Positions 37,646 to 50,524 of a stretch of DNA of 64,000 nt are shown one piece after another. Numbering within the stretch: the first letter of the stretch is position 1; each line of letters begins with the position of its first letter. The notes below the pieces were generated by a model. That model was not told where the DNA came from. It did not search any database and saw only the letters and a list, made by a program, of their open reading frames with translations. Source of the DNA: Octopus sinensis (taxonomy: Eukaryota); contig NC_043013.1 of NCBI RefSeq assembly GCF_006345805.1, forward strand, positions 20,770,001-20,834,000. The letters are read 5' to 3'. The translations under genes were made by a program, and so were the position numbers.

Positions 37646-37894
37646 TATTAATCGTTATCGCGAAGCTGACATGGCTGTCTACAAAAATAGGACGAATGCT
37701 GCCGTTGATTAGCTGCAACAGGCCATCGCCTTTAGCTATGTGACATACAACCTGTGTTCCTTACAACCTTCGAACAGAGGAGACCATCTGCTCTTTGCTG
37801 GTTCCACAACCATAGACTAGTTTCGATGTATTTGCCCCTTACCAATGTACAGTAGCCGAACCCAGCAGGCGTCGCTGTTGACTGTTCGAAGGTT
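37646..37894. mobile_element. Partial fold-back MITE (left arm plus interior)
   Basis: Homologous to 37995-38130 (aaaataggac.aatgctgccgttgattagct...agctatgtgaca). Confidence 0.7.
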
Positions 37895-37994
37895 TATTTA
37901 TTTATATTCAATGGAACACATCCAGTGGTTTTCAAAAATAGAAATATTATTATTTCTGAATCTCTCTAGAGGAGAGCACGGTAGTCGTACTGGG

Positions 37995-38289
37995 TATTAC
38001 TAATTATCACCAAACAAACAAGGCAGTCGAGAAAAATAGGACAAATGCTGCCGTTGATTAGCTCCAAGAGGCCATCGCATCTAGATAGCTATGTGACACA
38101 CAAACTTGTGTCCATTATAACTTTCGAACAAGGGGAACTGTTGACCTAACCTGTTCGAAGGTTGTAGTGGACACATGTTTTTGTGCCACATAGCTAGCTA
38201 GAAGCGATGGCCTCTTGGAGCTAATCAATGGCAGCATTCACCTATTTTTCTGGACTGCCATATTACCTGGACTGCGATAACTATTAATA
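37995..38289. mobile_element. Fold-back (palindromic) MITE with ~135-bp arms
   Basis: gaaaaataggacaaatgctgccgttgattagctccaagaggccatcgc / gcgatggcctcttggagctaatcaatggcagcattcacctatttttc; ~20-nt loop. Confidence 0.8.
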
Positions 38290-38310
38290 TGTGTGTGTGC
38301 ATGTGTGTGC

Positions 38311-38341
<31 letters not shown>

Positions 38342-38839
38342 CATACATACATACATACACGTGAATATGCTTGTCCAAATCCCAACGAAAGACTTCTAGG
38401 CTACAAACTCGCTCTTATGCGCGCATACGCACACATGTTTATGAAGATTATTATTATTGAGAAAAAACTTTCAATCGGTTTTAATGAATATAAAGTTGTA
38501 TTTCGGTAAAAAAAAAGTAGGTTTACTTTTTATTCTCCTTCGTTAGAATTTTTTCGTTAAAACACTATTCTTTATGAGAGTAGATTGATATGTAAAGTAA
38601 AAATATTTCAACTTTTATAACTCATAAAAGATACAAAAAAAATTCTACCTTCTTCGAAGGGGAAAAATATTTAAATAAGTTTACAATAATAGATTTAATT
38701 AATCTAAAATATTTAATGCATTGGGAGATTTCAGTTGGATTTTTTTTCTTTTTTTTTTTTTTGGAAACTTTATCATTTATATTACCTTAATTAGAATTTC
38801 ACACATATTTTGAAATGCCATATTTTTTAAGATTCTTAA

Positions 38840-38914
<75 letters not shown>

Positions 38915-39017
38915 TGATGAGGATGATGATAATGATAATAATAATAATAATATTAATAATAATAATAATATTAATAATAATAATAATAACAATAATAATA
39001 ATAATAATAATAATAAC

Positions 39018-39064
<47 letters not shown>

Positions 39065-39110
39065 TGATGATGATGATAATAATAATAATGAAATAATGAT
39101 AATAATAATT
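38840..39110. repeat. (AAT)n/(GAT)n microsatellite
   Basis: Read directly. Confidence 0.95.
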
Positions 39111-39899
39111 TTTTTCACCACAGCAGGAGGTTTTATATTATTTAAGCATAATACTCGCTAAATGAAGTATTATATTATAGCAGCTACACAGACATCATGA
39201 CGGAAACTGAAAACCTAAATCATTGGAAATATATGATCAAGGATTGATTAGGGGATGTTAAACTGTAATTATTACAGAGTTAATTAATCAATGTTGATTT
39301 TGTTGTCCCCGAACAGTTTTGAACAAAGGTTTATCATCCGAGCTGAGACCATTCCGCTTCTATGCGACATAATGTATCTAGGACTCCATAACGCAATGTC
39401 TTCTGGTTATTTAAGAAAGGAGGTTTTAAATTTAAGGGGATTCGGTTATTATTTCAAATAAACTGACACACCATATCAGAATATTCACGTTGTCTCATTT
39501 AGAACTATACTTCAATGAGGTTTACGATAAATGTTTTCACCTGTTAAACAGTGACAAGTTCTATACGGCTGTCATTATCCTACGTTTCACAGAGCTGAGA
39601 CTCGCTCATCTTGTGTCTCAAACTGTTTTAGGTCAGCGCTCCCTATCACTGAGCAGTGATTTTCAAATAGCATCAGCCCACACACGCCTACTAAAAATTT
39701 GTAAATTATTTTAAACAAACGCCAAACACTATTTTGTGCAGTGGTATTTTATCCATATATTTTTGTATTATTGCATCCACATACCTCTTATTAGATATTT
39801 ACATTGACAAATGCCGCCAATGTTAAATTTTTGAATTAATAACTACAGAGAGTTCATTCTTTTAAATAGCTTTTATTGGGCACTATTGTGTACTTAGCA

Positions 39900-40512
39900 C
39901 TCTACTGTATGGAAGTGTGACTTGAACGCCATACACACGCCAAATATCTTTCACCTGCACTGCCTCCGGAAAAATCCTTGACATCAAATGGAAGAATCAT
40001 GTCCCCAACAAAGATGTCCTCAATCAAGCAGGAATACAAAGCATGTTTGCACTCCTCACACAAAGATGTATGAGATGGCTTGGACATGTTAGCCGTATGG
40101 AAGATGGCAGAATCCCCAAGGACATACTCTACGGAGAGCTTGCTAGGGGCACTAGGTCTGTGGGAAGACTGTTCTTACGATACAAGGATGTTTGCAAAAG
40201 GGACATGAATGCCTGCAACATCTATATTACCAACTGGGAAGCAGTTGCCAGCAACCGTGGAGATTGCGACATACCGTAAAAGAGGGAACACAAAGAACTG
40301 ACAGAGTGAGAGAGGAGTAATGGAAAGACAAGAAATGACGTCAACAAGAAAGTATGACATTACAACCAGCCAGGCAAAGTCTTCCCTACATTTGCGGCAC
40401 CTGCCAGAGGGAGTGTTTGTCCAGAATAGGTCATGAAATGTAAAAGCCGGACTAGATTAATTTATGCGCAACTCCATAGTCTCCCGACACAAAAAGGGTG
40501 CCAACAACAACA
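39900..40512 (+). pseudogene. Decayed RTE-clade (BovB-like) LINE 3' end
   Basis: FHLHCLR..LDIKWKNHVPNKDVL..AG..SMFALLTQRCMRWLGHVSRMEDGRIPKDILYGEL..G.R..GR...RYKDVCKRDM; (CAA)n tail. Confidence 0.9.
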
Positions 40513-40678
40513 GTCATTTCACTGCGGTAATGCTGGAGCACTGCCTTTAGGACTTATTCTTGTATGCTTAGTGCTTATTCTATCTGTCTTCTTTGCCGAA
40601 CCACTAAGTTACGGGTACGTAAACATACCAACATCTGTTGTCAAGCGATAGTGGGGGATAACACAGAAACAAATACGT

Positions 40679-40680
<2 letters not shown>
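40513..40680 (-). mobile_element. Family A SINE 3' half, tail-to-tail with the RTE
   Basis: cagtcatttcactgcggtaatgctggagcac...gccgaacc.ctaagttacggg. Confidence 0.75.
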
Positions 40681-40755
<75 letters not shown>

Positions 40756-40862
40756 GGCGGTGAATCAGCATGGCCGCAGCTCTGAGCTGAAACTAGAGAA
40801 AAAAAAATATATGTATATATATGTATAATATGCATATATATTTATACATATAAACATTCATG

Positions 40863-40901
<39 letters not shown>

Positions 40902-40954
40902 ATGGATAGATAGTTGTATAGATGTATTTGTAAGCATGTCTTTATTATTGTTGC

Positions 40955-41047
<93 letters not shown>

Positions 41048-41456
41048 GTTCGTCATGCAAGCTAACCAGTTGAACCTTAAAAAATCTGTAATATAAAATA
41101 AATTATGACAGCCTCATTAATCAAACAAGGCAGTTACATTGAAATATTTGTTTACCTCGAGCCAGCTTTATTCAGATATCAACTGACATTAAAGTTGAAT
41201 GTAAAATGAATGTACTTGAAGACAAAAAATGACACAGTAACGGAGGGCGTTACTATATTTAGTGTGTTACACAGTGTGATATCTGTTCGTATCTTTGGTA
41301 CTTATCGGGTAAAAGAAATCCTCAAAGAAAAATTACAGACATTTTTAAAATCAGATGCCACCATATTGTACAGGGAATAAATTTTACTTTTATTTTGTGC
41401 TTTATAGCATGTGGGATTAAATATTCAAGCGCATCTATATGTCTATGCATATATAT

Positions 41457-41496
<40 letters not shown>

Positions 41497-41501
41497 GATA
41501 T

Positions 41502-41555
<54 letters not shown>

Positions 41556-41603
41556 GAAGTTATAGATATAGTATATATACACACACACACATATATATAT
41601 AGG

Positions 41604-41642
<39 letters not shown>

Positions 41643-43109
41643 CATACATACACACATGCACATGACCAGATAAAAGTCCTTCACACGACACACACAGTTA
41701 TTGGTACAACACACACACAGGTACATTTGTGTGTGTATGAGCCTCGTAATGTTATGCTAACGTGTGTGCATATCCATGTAAGTGTTTGTGAGCGTGTTTA
41801 TGTGCGTTGTGTATATGTACGTCTGTGTGTGTTTGCGTTATTAGGTATGGGAGCAAAAACATATATTTCCAGACGTGAACCAATCCTATCTTTTAGTCTT
41901 GCAAATATTATTCCAAAACCATTTCAGAGTTGTCTACAGCCAGACAAATATTCAAAGCAAATAATTCGCTTTAATGATGTGAGAATGGTGATCCCGAGAG
42001 ACACAGTTGGAGTAACTATGAAAGCTTAAATAATACGTACTACCTTCCTTTAACAGATAGTGTTCTAATACAACTGACGATTTTCATTTTTAATCCACCT
42101 GGGCCTGATTCAATGCTTCTTAAAAATATACGAAAGCCGTTCCCTTGCATTCAGTTCTCTAAATCTATGTCTTTGTTCCATTGCAAAAGTCAGTTATTAT
42201 TACTTACCAATCAGTGGGCAGTTCGAATTTCTGTAGTACAGAGAGATAGTGATGTTATTTAGTCCCAGGAAAACTAACATGTAGCAAATGTGATCGTCCC
42301 AGTCTTTTTTTAATTTGCATAACCCAGAAACACATTATCTAGCATGTTTTTCTTATGATGACAGGAGTTGATAGGATGGAGAATTAGCTGCTATTTCCAG
42401 TTCTTGCATGTCAAGCAAACACATTGTTATGTTGCAATACTACACAGAGGCTGTGTGAGCTACGAAATCCTTGTCGCCACTGTTATGTCGCAAGTTCGGA
42501 TGACCTCTACTCAACTCCTACTCTGCTCCTCTGCTCTCAGCTGTGTCCTGACGTCTAGACTTCTCCCGTTATATCTACGTATTGGGCTAGCCTACTTCAT
42601 CAATTGGGGGCGTCCAGACAGCACACATAGAAGCTCCGTAACTTTTTATGTAAGTTGTAATGTTTTGTTAAATAAAACCAATGGGTGCAAGTTTAAGTTT
42701 GATATAGATATTTACCAAGCAGAACCTAGAAATATCTGAATCCTAAACTCTAAATTCTTCATCAATTGGTGCAGCCTAGAGGTTCAGAATCCCCAAGAAC
42801 AATTCCAAATCCATTAGGGTAATACAGTCTGGAAGTAGAAATATCAGCTAGAAGAACTATCAAAACCGAGCGGGTATCGAAGTAGAAAACCTAACAAGTA
42901 TTACGAATGCCTTTATATGAATAATAGTGTAATAAGTTCATATCATTACGGCTGTTTCGAATGGTTGATGACTGCTCTATATAAAACTGCAAATTATGCA
43001 AGCAGTTGCAATGTTAAGACAATATTTTAAGTATATGAAATAAAGTATCAACTTCCACGGATTATTATCACAAGCCACAGCATTCTCTTCAGGAGATTAA
43101 GGGCAAATA

Positions 43110-43470
43110 TATATGTGTGTGTGTGTGTGTATGTACGTATATATGTATGTATGTATGCATGTATGTATGTATGCATGTATGTATGTATGTATGTGTGTGC
43201 GTGTGCATGTATGTATGCATGTATGTATTGTATGTATGTATGTATGTATGTATGTGTGTGCGTGTGCATGTATGTATGTATGTATGTATCCATGTGTGTA
43301 TGGATATATATGTGTGTGTATATATGTACGTATATATGTATGTATGTATGTATGCATGTATGTATGTATGTATGTATGTATGCATGTATGTATGTATGTA
43401 TGTATGTATGTATGTATGTGTGTGCGTGTGTATGTATGTATGCATGTATCCATGTGTGTATGGATATATA
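43110..43470. repeat. Long (TATG)n/(TG)n compound microsatellite with higher-order duplication
   Basis: The motif gtatccatgtgtgtatggatatatatgtgtgtgta occurs twice. Confidence 0.95.
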
Positions 43471-43727
43471 TGTGTGTGTACTTGTCAATGCTTCTATGCG
43501 CATATGTCTTTATGTGTTTGTATATGCAAACATGTCTATACGTTATATATGCATATAAGGGTAAAAATATGAATGTTTTTGCTGCTGGTTTATTATATAA
43601 AAGCATTTACACTGTAATTGAAAACCTCTCAATGCTTTTGTATGTGTAATCGTATTTGTATATGGCTTATACTTGCCTGTATAAAAAAGCATACACACAC
43701 CACACACACACAACACACACACATATA

Positions 43728-43767
<40 letters not shown>

Positions 43768-43869
43768 TAAGTGTTGCCATTATGGGGTAAATCTATCCGA
43801 TTAGGCAATATCTTTGCCTGACGTTTGATTCTTATATTCCATCACTACTCTAGATTTTTAATTCCTTTG

Positions 43870-43904
<35 letters not shown>

Positions 43905-43959
43905 ACTTTATCCCTCTCTCTCTCACCCTCTCTCTCTCTCTCTCTCTCTCTTCAACAAC

Positions 43960-44660
43960 TTCAGCCTCTATATGAACCCTAAGCCAGAGGTACCTTAAGC
44001 TCTTCGTATAGACTTGATCAACTAGGCTTTCTAATACTATTACTTCCAATGTAATTCCCGTTGTTATTTGATCACTATGTTCTTGACTACATTCAATTTG
44101 TCTGTGTTTACATTCTGCCAATTCACCATTTCTAAATATCTTTTATCTTCGTTTCATGTTTTCTTTTTTCTTTTTCTGGTTTTACTCATTGGTTCCAACC
44201 ACTCTCTTGAAAGATTGTTGCTATCAGGTTTAAAGATTTTACTAAACGTCCGTTTTTTTTTGGGGCTGTATTGCTTCTTATTTTCAATTTCCCTCATGTC
44301 CCTCTCTAAGTGATGTTTTATGGTACTTCTGTAATTTTTCAGAATACTATAAGGAAGCTGCTTAATTTTTTTGAGCTTTTGTTACATGACTTCGTATTCC
44401 ATCCATCTAAATATCTTCCTAACTGTCTAATCATTCCACCGTAATTACAAGTACAGCTTTCCTTACAAGTAAACACTTATTTGTACTGCCAATTATTTAC
44501 AAATATCAACTAAAATAACGTTCTCATTGTCATCCGTTGTTATAAACGATTCCACTAAGTTATTGTTTCTTTCACTGATTTATTCCATTTCTCATCAGCT
44601 TACAAGGTAATTCTAGGAAGGCTGATAATTACAGTTCGCAGGCAGCATGAATTTTGCGAC
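43960..44660 (-). pseudogene. Heavily decayed non-LTR retrotransposon fragment (possibly R4/Dong-like, pre-RT region)
   Basis: Minus-strand stop-ridden peptides (...AEC...QITTGIT...RYLWL...) reminiscent of the region preceding R4-type RT; weak. Confidence 0.35.
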
Positions 44661-44839
44661 TAGCTTTAAATTAAACTTTGTCGCTTTTGAACTCTTATTG
44701 AGTTATACATGTTATTGGCCATTTTCTAAACTTGAGATTATTCTAGGTCTCTCAGAATTCTCTGTATCTTTCTTTTGACCAGAGTCGATAAAACATAAGC
44801 TTCAATTTGTGGCATATAGCCAATAGATTCGTGAGGTGG

Positions 44840-45205
44840 TTAGGTCGATTACATCGAGCACAGAGCTCAAATTATACTTATTTTATCGACCCCGAAGGAT
44901 AAAATTCCAAGTCGACCGCGGTGCAATTAGAACTCAGAAATACCCATTTCTTTACTACCCACAAGGGGCTAAACACAGAGAGGACAAACAAGGACAGACA
45001 AACGGATTAGGTCGATTATATCAACCGCAGTGCGTAACTGGTACTTACTTAATCGACCCCGAAAGGATGAAAGGCAAAGTCGACCTCGACGGAATTTGAA
45101 CTCAGAACGTAACGGCAGACGAAATACGGCTACGCATTTCGCCCGGAGTGCTAACGTTTCCGCCAGTTCGCCGCCAGGCATTTTGCCCGGCGTGCTAACG
45201 ATTCT
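44840..45205 (-). mobile_element. Family C SINE-like repeat, dimeric
   Basis: Two tatcgaccccgaa(a)ggat..gtcgacc..aactcagaa modules with the linker. Confidence 0.85.
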
Positions 45206-47671
45206 AATGATTCACCGCCTTCAGAGCCACTAAAGTATTAAACATGTTCGATAAAATATAGAACGCGCCCAGGTGTTGATTAGCAGAATTGCTAATGTTG
45301 CGATATTTGTTCTGGGGCTCTATGATCTGAGTTCCTTTGCATATGCAGTGGTGGCACGCCACATGGCCCTTTGACTTTCATTTGGAAGACATCGTTGGTG
45401 TGGAGAGACATGCAGCTACCTATATCAGTAACTGCCTGTCTTCAGTAACAAAAATTGCTCAAGTGTGCAACTTCGACAGCAATTTTCTGGGTGAATATAC
45501 ATCGCCAGTCGTGAGTGATTGAGGTGTTCAAATAGGAGAGAACTAATAAAATTACAAAACCAGTAGAGTGTTGGACTCAGTGTATAACAGCATACTGTTT
45601 GAGTTCAAACCTGGGTGAAACTAGCATTTTTTCCAGTCCTTCAAATGAATGGGTGATGATGATCTATAAACTATACACTACACAAGAATTCACAAAAGAA
45701 AAGTGGTGCCAAACACCAAAACTTAAGACGTCTTAAGGCGAAAGTCTATTGTAATCAAAGACAATCACGCGCGGGTACACGCACACACACACACACACAT
45801 ATATATATATCTATATATATATTCTATATATTATAAAATTTATATTGTTTTTTCGTTTTTTGATTTGTTTGCAAAGATCTTTATTGAGTCCGTTAACAGT
45901 AAGAATAAGTGGAATTTGTACCGGTGAGTGTGTTTAATTAAAAGGCACAAAAAGAAAATTAATCCCCTCCGACACAACAGAGTATTCTATATATATAATA
46001 TATATAGTATATTATTATATATATTATATATATATATATTATATATATATATTCTATATATATATATATATCTATATATATAATATATATATATCTATCT
46101 ATATATATATATATAAGTAACTCGGAACTATGAGTATAATTTATTTATTCGAGAAAACGTGTCAGTCATCGGCAAAAGGTTTAAAAGTACAGTTTGTCTG
46201 CAAATTATTTCACATCTAACTACTTCATCAGAATTTAGAGATGAAAAAATGTCTAAAGTAATTCTCGCTAACAGCGTAATTCAATGAAACTAGATTTGTT
46301 ACATAAAAGTTACTAGACAAATCAAATTTGATAGCTATGTAGGAGGTATTCGCTCTCTCCATATTTATGTGTGTGGATGTGTGTGTGCGTGTGTGTGTGG
46401 TGTCTGTCTGTTTGTCTGTGTATATACACACCAGATCGAACAATTTAGGCGAAAAACGTGAAGCTAGAGTGTTCAATTCGAACTTTTGTTAGAAAGCGAA
46501 AGTGACTTCTAAGAAAGCCATTGCGGTCATATGTTTTAACTAAATTCAGCCTATATACGAGGATTTAAATTGAGATTAATAACGCTTTTAACTTAGAAAC
46601 ATAGCCATCTAGTTTTGTGAAGGAGCCTACATGAGACGGAGATCCCGAAAAGACCCACGAAGACAGACCCTCCTCTCTTGACCAAATCATTGAAAATAAT
46701 GTTGCCGATCCGTGTATTAAAACCCAGATGCAGATTAATAACGCGCATGTTTTCTTTAGACGAAGCTTTAGTAAACCTTCACTATGAACTTAGCTGTGTG
46801 ATCTGTACAGCCCTCAAGAACTAAAATACTAACCATTTCATCATTATATTAAATGTTAAAATGACAACGATAACGGATACAAATGCACCTTCTATAACAT
46901 TTGTAAGCAATAGGCACACTCATTTTCTCATATTCATTTTAATAATTAAAGATTATATTTTAATTTAACATTAATTTACAGTTTCATAACTGATCAAAGT
47001 ATCATATTCATCTGCTTAAATACTTGCTCTTTCTCCAACTCTCTCTCTCTCTCTCTCACTCTCTCTCTCTATCTATCTATCTGTCTATCTCTTCCATTTT
47101 CTCTCTCTGTCCCACTCTTTTTCAAGTCTCTCTCACGCAAAATTCGCGATAATTTTATTATATCAAAGACCTCAAAGATTAATAGAAAAGATCAATATAA
47201 ATTAATAATATATTTTATACTCAATCTAAAATAAAAATAGCTGAAGGCAAATATATTTTAAAAAATATATAATAATGTTCTTGGACACATATTTTATTCT
47301 AGCTGCTGGATGTATATGAAGACATGGGTAGAACCTTTTTCAATTGGAGAATATTTACATTTCTTGTCTCACATTGTCCTGTTGAATATAACTTATTAAT
47401 GCTATAGATTCGATAACAGGTCTATTCATACTTCATACATTCTTACAGATTTGACCGTGCTCTGCATACACTCTACGCATTACCATATATTCATGCTGAC
47501 ATGTATATATATAAAAGTTTATATTCAAGTAATTTATATAAACGCTATATGTTCCCGCTAATAAATAGACGTGTGTGTGTGTGTGTAAAACAGGAACATA
47601 TATTATTTATAAGTTACATCAAAATGAATTTATATATTATATACATACATATATATGATAATATATGTATG

Positions 47672-47725
<54 letters not shown>

Positions 47726-48407
47726 CATACATATATATATCCATATGTATATATATTATATGTATGTATATATATATATGCATATATATATATATCCATA
47801 TATATATATATGTATGTATATATAGATATATATAAATATACACACTCATTTATAGAATTTGTGTAAGTATTATATACTTGACCAAATGTTGATGCTTTAA
47901 ACCAGACATTGAGGTTAAATTTCAGGGGTACTCTACTTACACGCACAGTACTTTTGAGTGGCTCAACTTAAAGATATATTAAGTACAGTATAAATAGGGT
48001 ATTTTACTGATGAGCTTTTACAAGCTTAAAGGAGAAAAAACGAGCTGCAGTAATAACGGAGTTCTCCAGTAAACACAAGGTATCTGTAATTCTCCTGTAA
48101 ACAAACATAATAGTGAGTAAATATGGTATTGTGACAATTATAAAGATGTTTTATTCTCATCTATAGTATCGGCATCAGTCACACTTACTACAGATCTATA
48201 TTATATACTCAATCAATTCAGTTTCGTATTTCTAGTAAATTTAATATAGGTTATATATATAAACAGTTCGATTAAGCTCTAAATGGCAAAAAGCTCATAG
48301 AACGAACCTTTTTAGGAATGCTTAGGTTTCTACCAAAGATGTTGAGTGACAGTGCCACTTCTTTCATTTGTTCACTTGCTTGTGTACGTGTGTATGTGTC
48401 TGTGTGT

Positions 48408-48451
<44 letters not shown>

Positions 48452-48519
48452 GACAGAGAGAAAGTAGGGTGTATGATAATGAATTTATAAGTTTTATGCC
48501 ACGAGCCCTGGAAAAATAT

Positions 48520-48900
48520 ATTTACATCTGCATGGTAAGGCTAAATATCTTTCAAATATAAAGTTTCGCTGAAATCCAGCGAGATCATTTTCACCACTAA
48601 ATAAACTTTCCTAGTCATCTGGGTAAACTGATACCATCCTTCGGACCATTTTCGTCTTTTCTCACTCTGTAATTGAATGTTGCACATCAATTTCTTCGTT
48701 ATCATCAGCCGAAAGATATTCATTTTCTACATTCATACAAACCAGTTGAATTATATCACTTGAACACTTTCAAAAGGTCGCTTCTTTTCTTTATTCGGTC
48801 TGTGTATCAAAGATCTGTTCCCAAGTGGCCAGCAATGCTACTTTCATGCATATTATTTCCCATCTTGTACAGCTACTCCAATTCATGCTTATCATCTTAC
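48520..48900 (-). pseudogene. Possible decayed pogo/Tigger-type transposase C-terminus
   Basis: Minus-strand LATWEQI... and acidic NVENEYLSADDNEEIDVQHSITE*EKTKMV; resemblance only. Confidence 0.3.
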
Positions 48901-49114
48901 TAAAAGTCTTATTGATATCCATAACTTATGGTTCCAAAGCACTACTAAACTCAGCAGAAATTACAGACATGTTAGTGCTTTGTTATCTATCGTTACCTTA
49001 TGTTCTATGAATTAACCGGAATGAATGTGTTCTAGAACTGTTTTTAATGTATAGGCAGCTACGAGGACAGATACATAATATTTATATTGTACGTATGTAT
49101 ATATATACATATAG

Positions 49115-49163
<49 letters not shown>

Positions 49164-49333
49164 ATATATCTATATATATATATATATATAAATAGGTGAA
49201 TGAATTATCCTATGTTTATCGTCAGCAGGAAAAATTCGTTTTTTAACCGAAACCTGGGTTAGCGAAGAAACACGGTTGAGGCGACCTGTCCAACGGTAGA
49301 AACCCCAGGTTCATGTGCAGAAATTGTGTGTTG

Positions 49334-49416
49334 TATATGAATAAATGAAAGAATGTCGAGAGTAAAGGAATGTTGTTAACATCTTGTTCGACTCCATTCT
49401 TTCATTTATTCATATA
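49334..49416. repeat. Hairpin micro-element, 22-bp perfect inverted repeat, abutting (TA)n
   Basis: tatatgaataaatgaaagaatg / cattctttcatttattcatata. Confidence 0.85.
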
Positions 49417-49420
49417 TATA

Positions 49421-49450
<30 letters not shown>

Positions 49451-49451
<1 letters not shown>

Positions 49452-50227
49452 CAATAAAAATGGTAAATAATTTTCCTGTGGTTTTTCATGTAACCAACAA
49501 TTATTTACCGGTAAATTTCGGTATGTAAATATGACAAAATAATTGTCAAGACCTTTGTAAGGTTCAGTATATAGTAAAGAAAAATAAGTTGGCTAGCAGC
49601 AAGCTGTTTCGCCTCATACCGAAGGAATTAGAAATGGCAGTCAAAGACCGTTTTTTCCATTTCTATAAGTGGAGATTCCAAAAACGAAGGCCCTTGCGGT
49701 GTGGCAAATATACGAATTCAGTCACTTACCGTTAATAGCGAACACGGTGTTTCTGGATCACAAACAGGGGAGTTTGAATTCCGTCATCAGCACTATATTC
49801 GTTAGCTTTATCAAATGCCACCAGCCCTCACTTCTGACTCAGCGACATCAGATAGTGGGGGGAAGAGCGCAGATGTTAAAACCAAGTAACGACTGGGAAC
49901 GTAAATTTTCCCTCCAAAATTCTGCCATGCGCGCCTTCTGGGTAATCGTAATGGAATGAGGAATCCACATGGTAATACAATAAAAATGGTAAATAATTTT
50001 CCTGTGGTTTTTCATGTAACCAACAATTATTTACCGGTAAATTTCGGTATGTAAATACGACAAAATAATTGTCAAGACCTTTGTCAAGTGGAGGGCCTTC
50101 GTTTTTGGAATCTCCACTTACAGAAATGGAAAAAACGGTCTTTGACTGCCATTTCTAATTCCTTCGGTATGAGGCGAAACAGCTTGCTGCTAGCCAACTT
50201 ATTTTTCTTTATTTTTCTTTACTATAT
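49451..50227. mobile_element. Young composite element: direct repeat A (49451-49558, 49977-50084) and inverted repeat B (49568-49693, 50093-50227)
   Basis: A copies differ at 1 of 108 nt; B copies differ by ~1 substitution plus a 10-nt duplication; flanked by (TA)n on both sides. Confidence 0.8.
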
Positions 50228-50239
50228 ATATATATATAT

Positions 50240-50493
50240 AGGGAGAGTCTATGAAAAAAAAAAACAAGAAGACAGGTGGTGTACAAAACAAACAGATGTA
50301 TTAGTATAACGCTCAGGAATAGAAAAAGTCTTTTACGTTTCGAGCCTACGGTCTTCTATAGAAAGAGATACAGAAAAACAGGGAGAGAAATAAGGAGAGA
50401 AAAAAAGAGAGAAAAAAGGAGAGAAAAAGGAGAGAGAAAAGGAGAGAAAAAAGTGTGTAGTGGCTTACGTTCTATCATGGCATCTGACTCGGA

Positions 50494-50495
<2 letters not shown>
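50240..50495 (-). mobile_element. PLE-like 3' end with degenerate HHR-like motif (50328-50366)
   Basis: Reverse: tcttt-ctataga a-gacc(gtag)gctc-GAAA-cg-TA-aaaga; homologous to 60425-60575. Confidence 0.6.

Positions 50496-50524
<29 letters not shown>

Noticed and set aside
50150-50200. Hammerhead in repeat B (gaggcGAAAcagcttgctgc)
   Set aside because: There is no CUGANGA-like or UUGANAA-like core upstream, and the U16.1 position is C in both copies.
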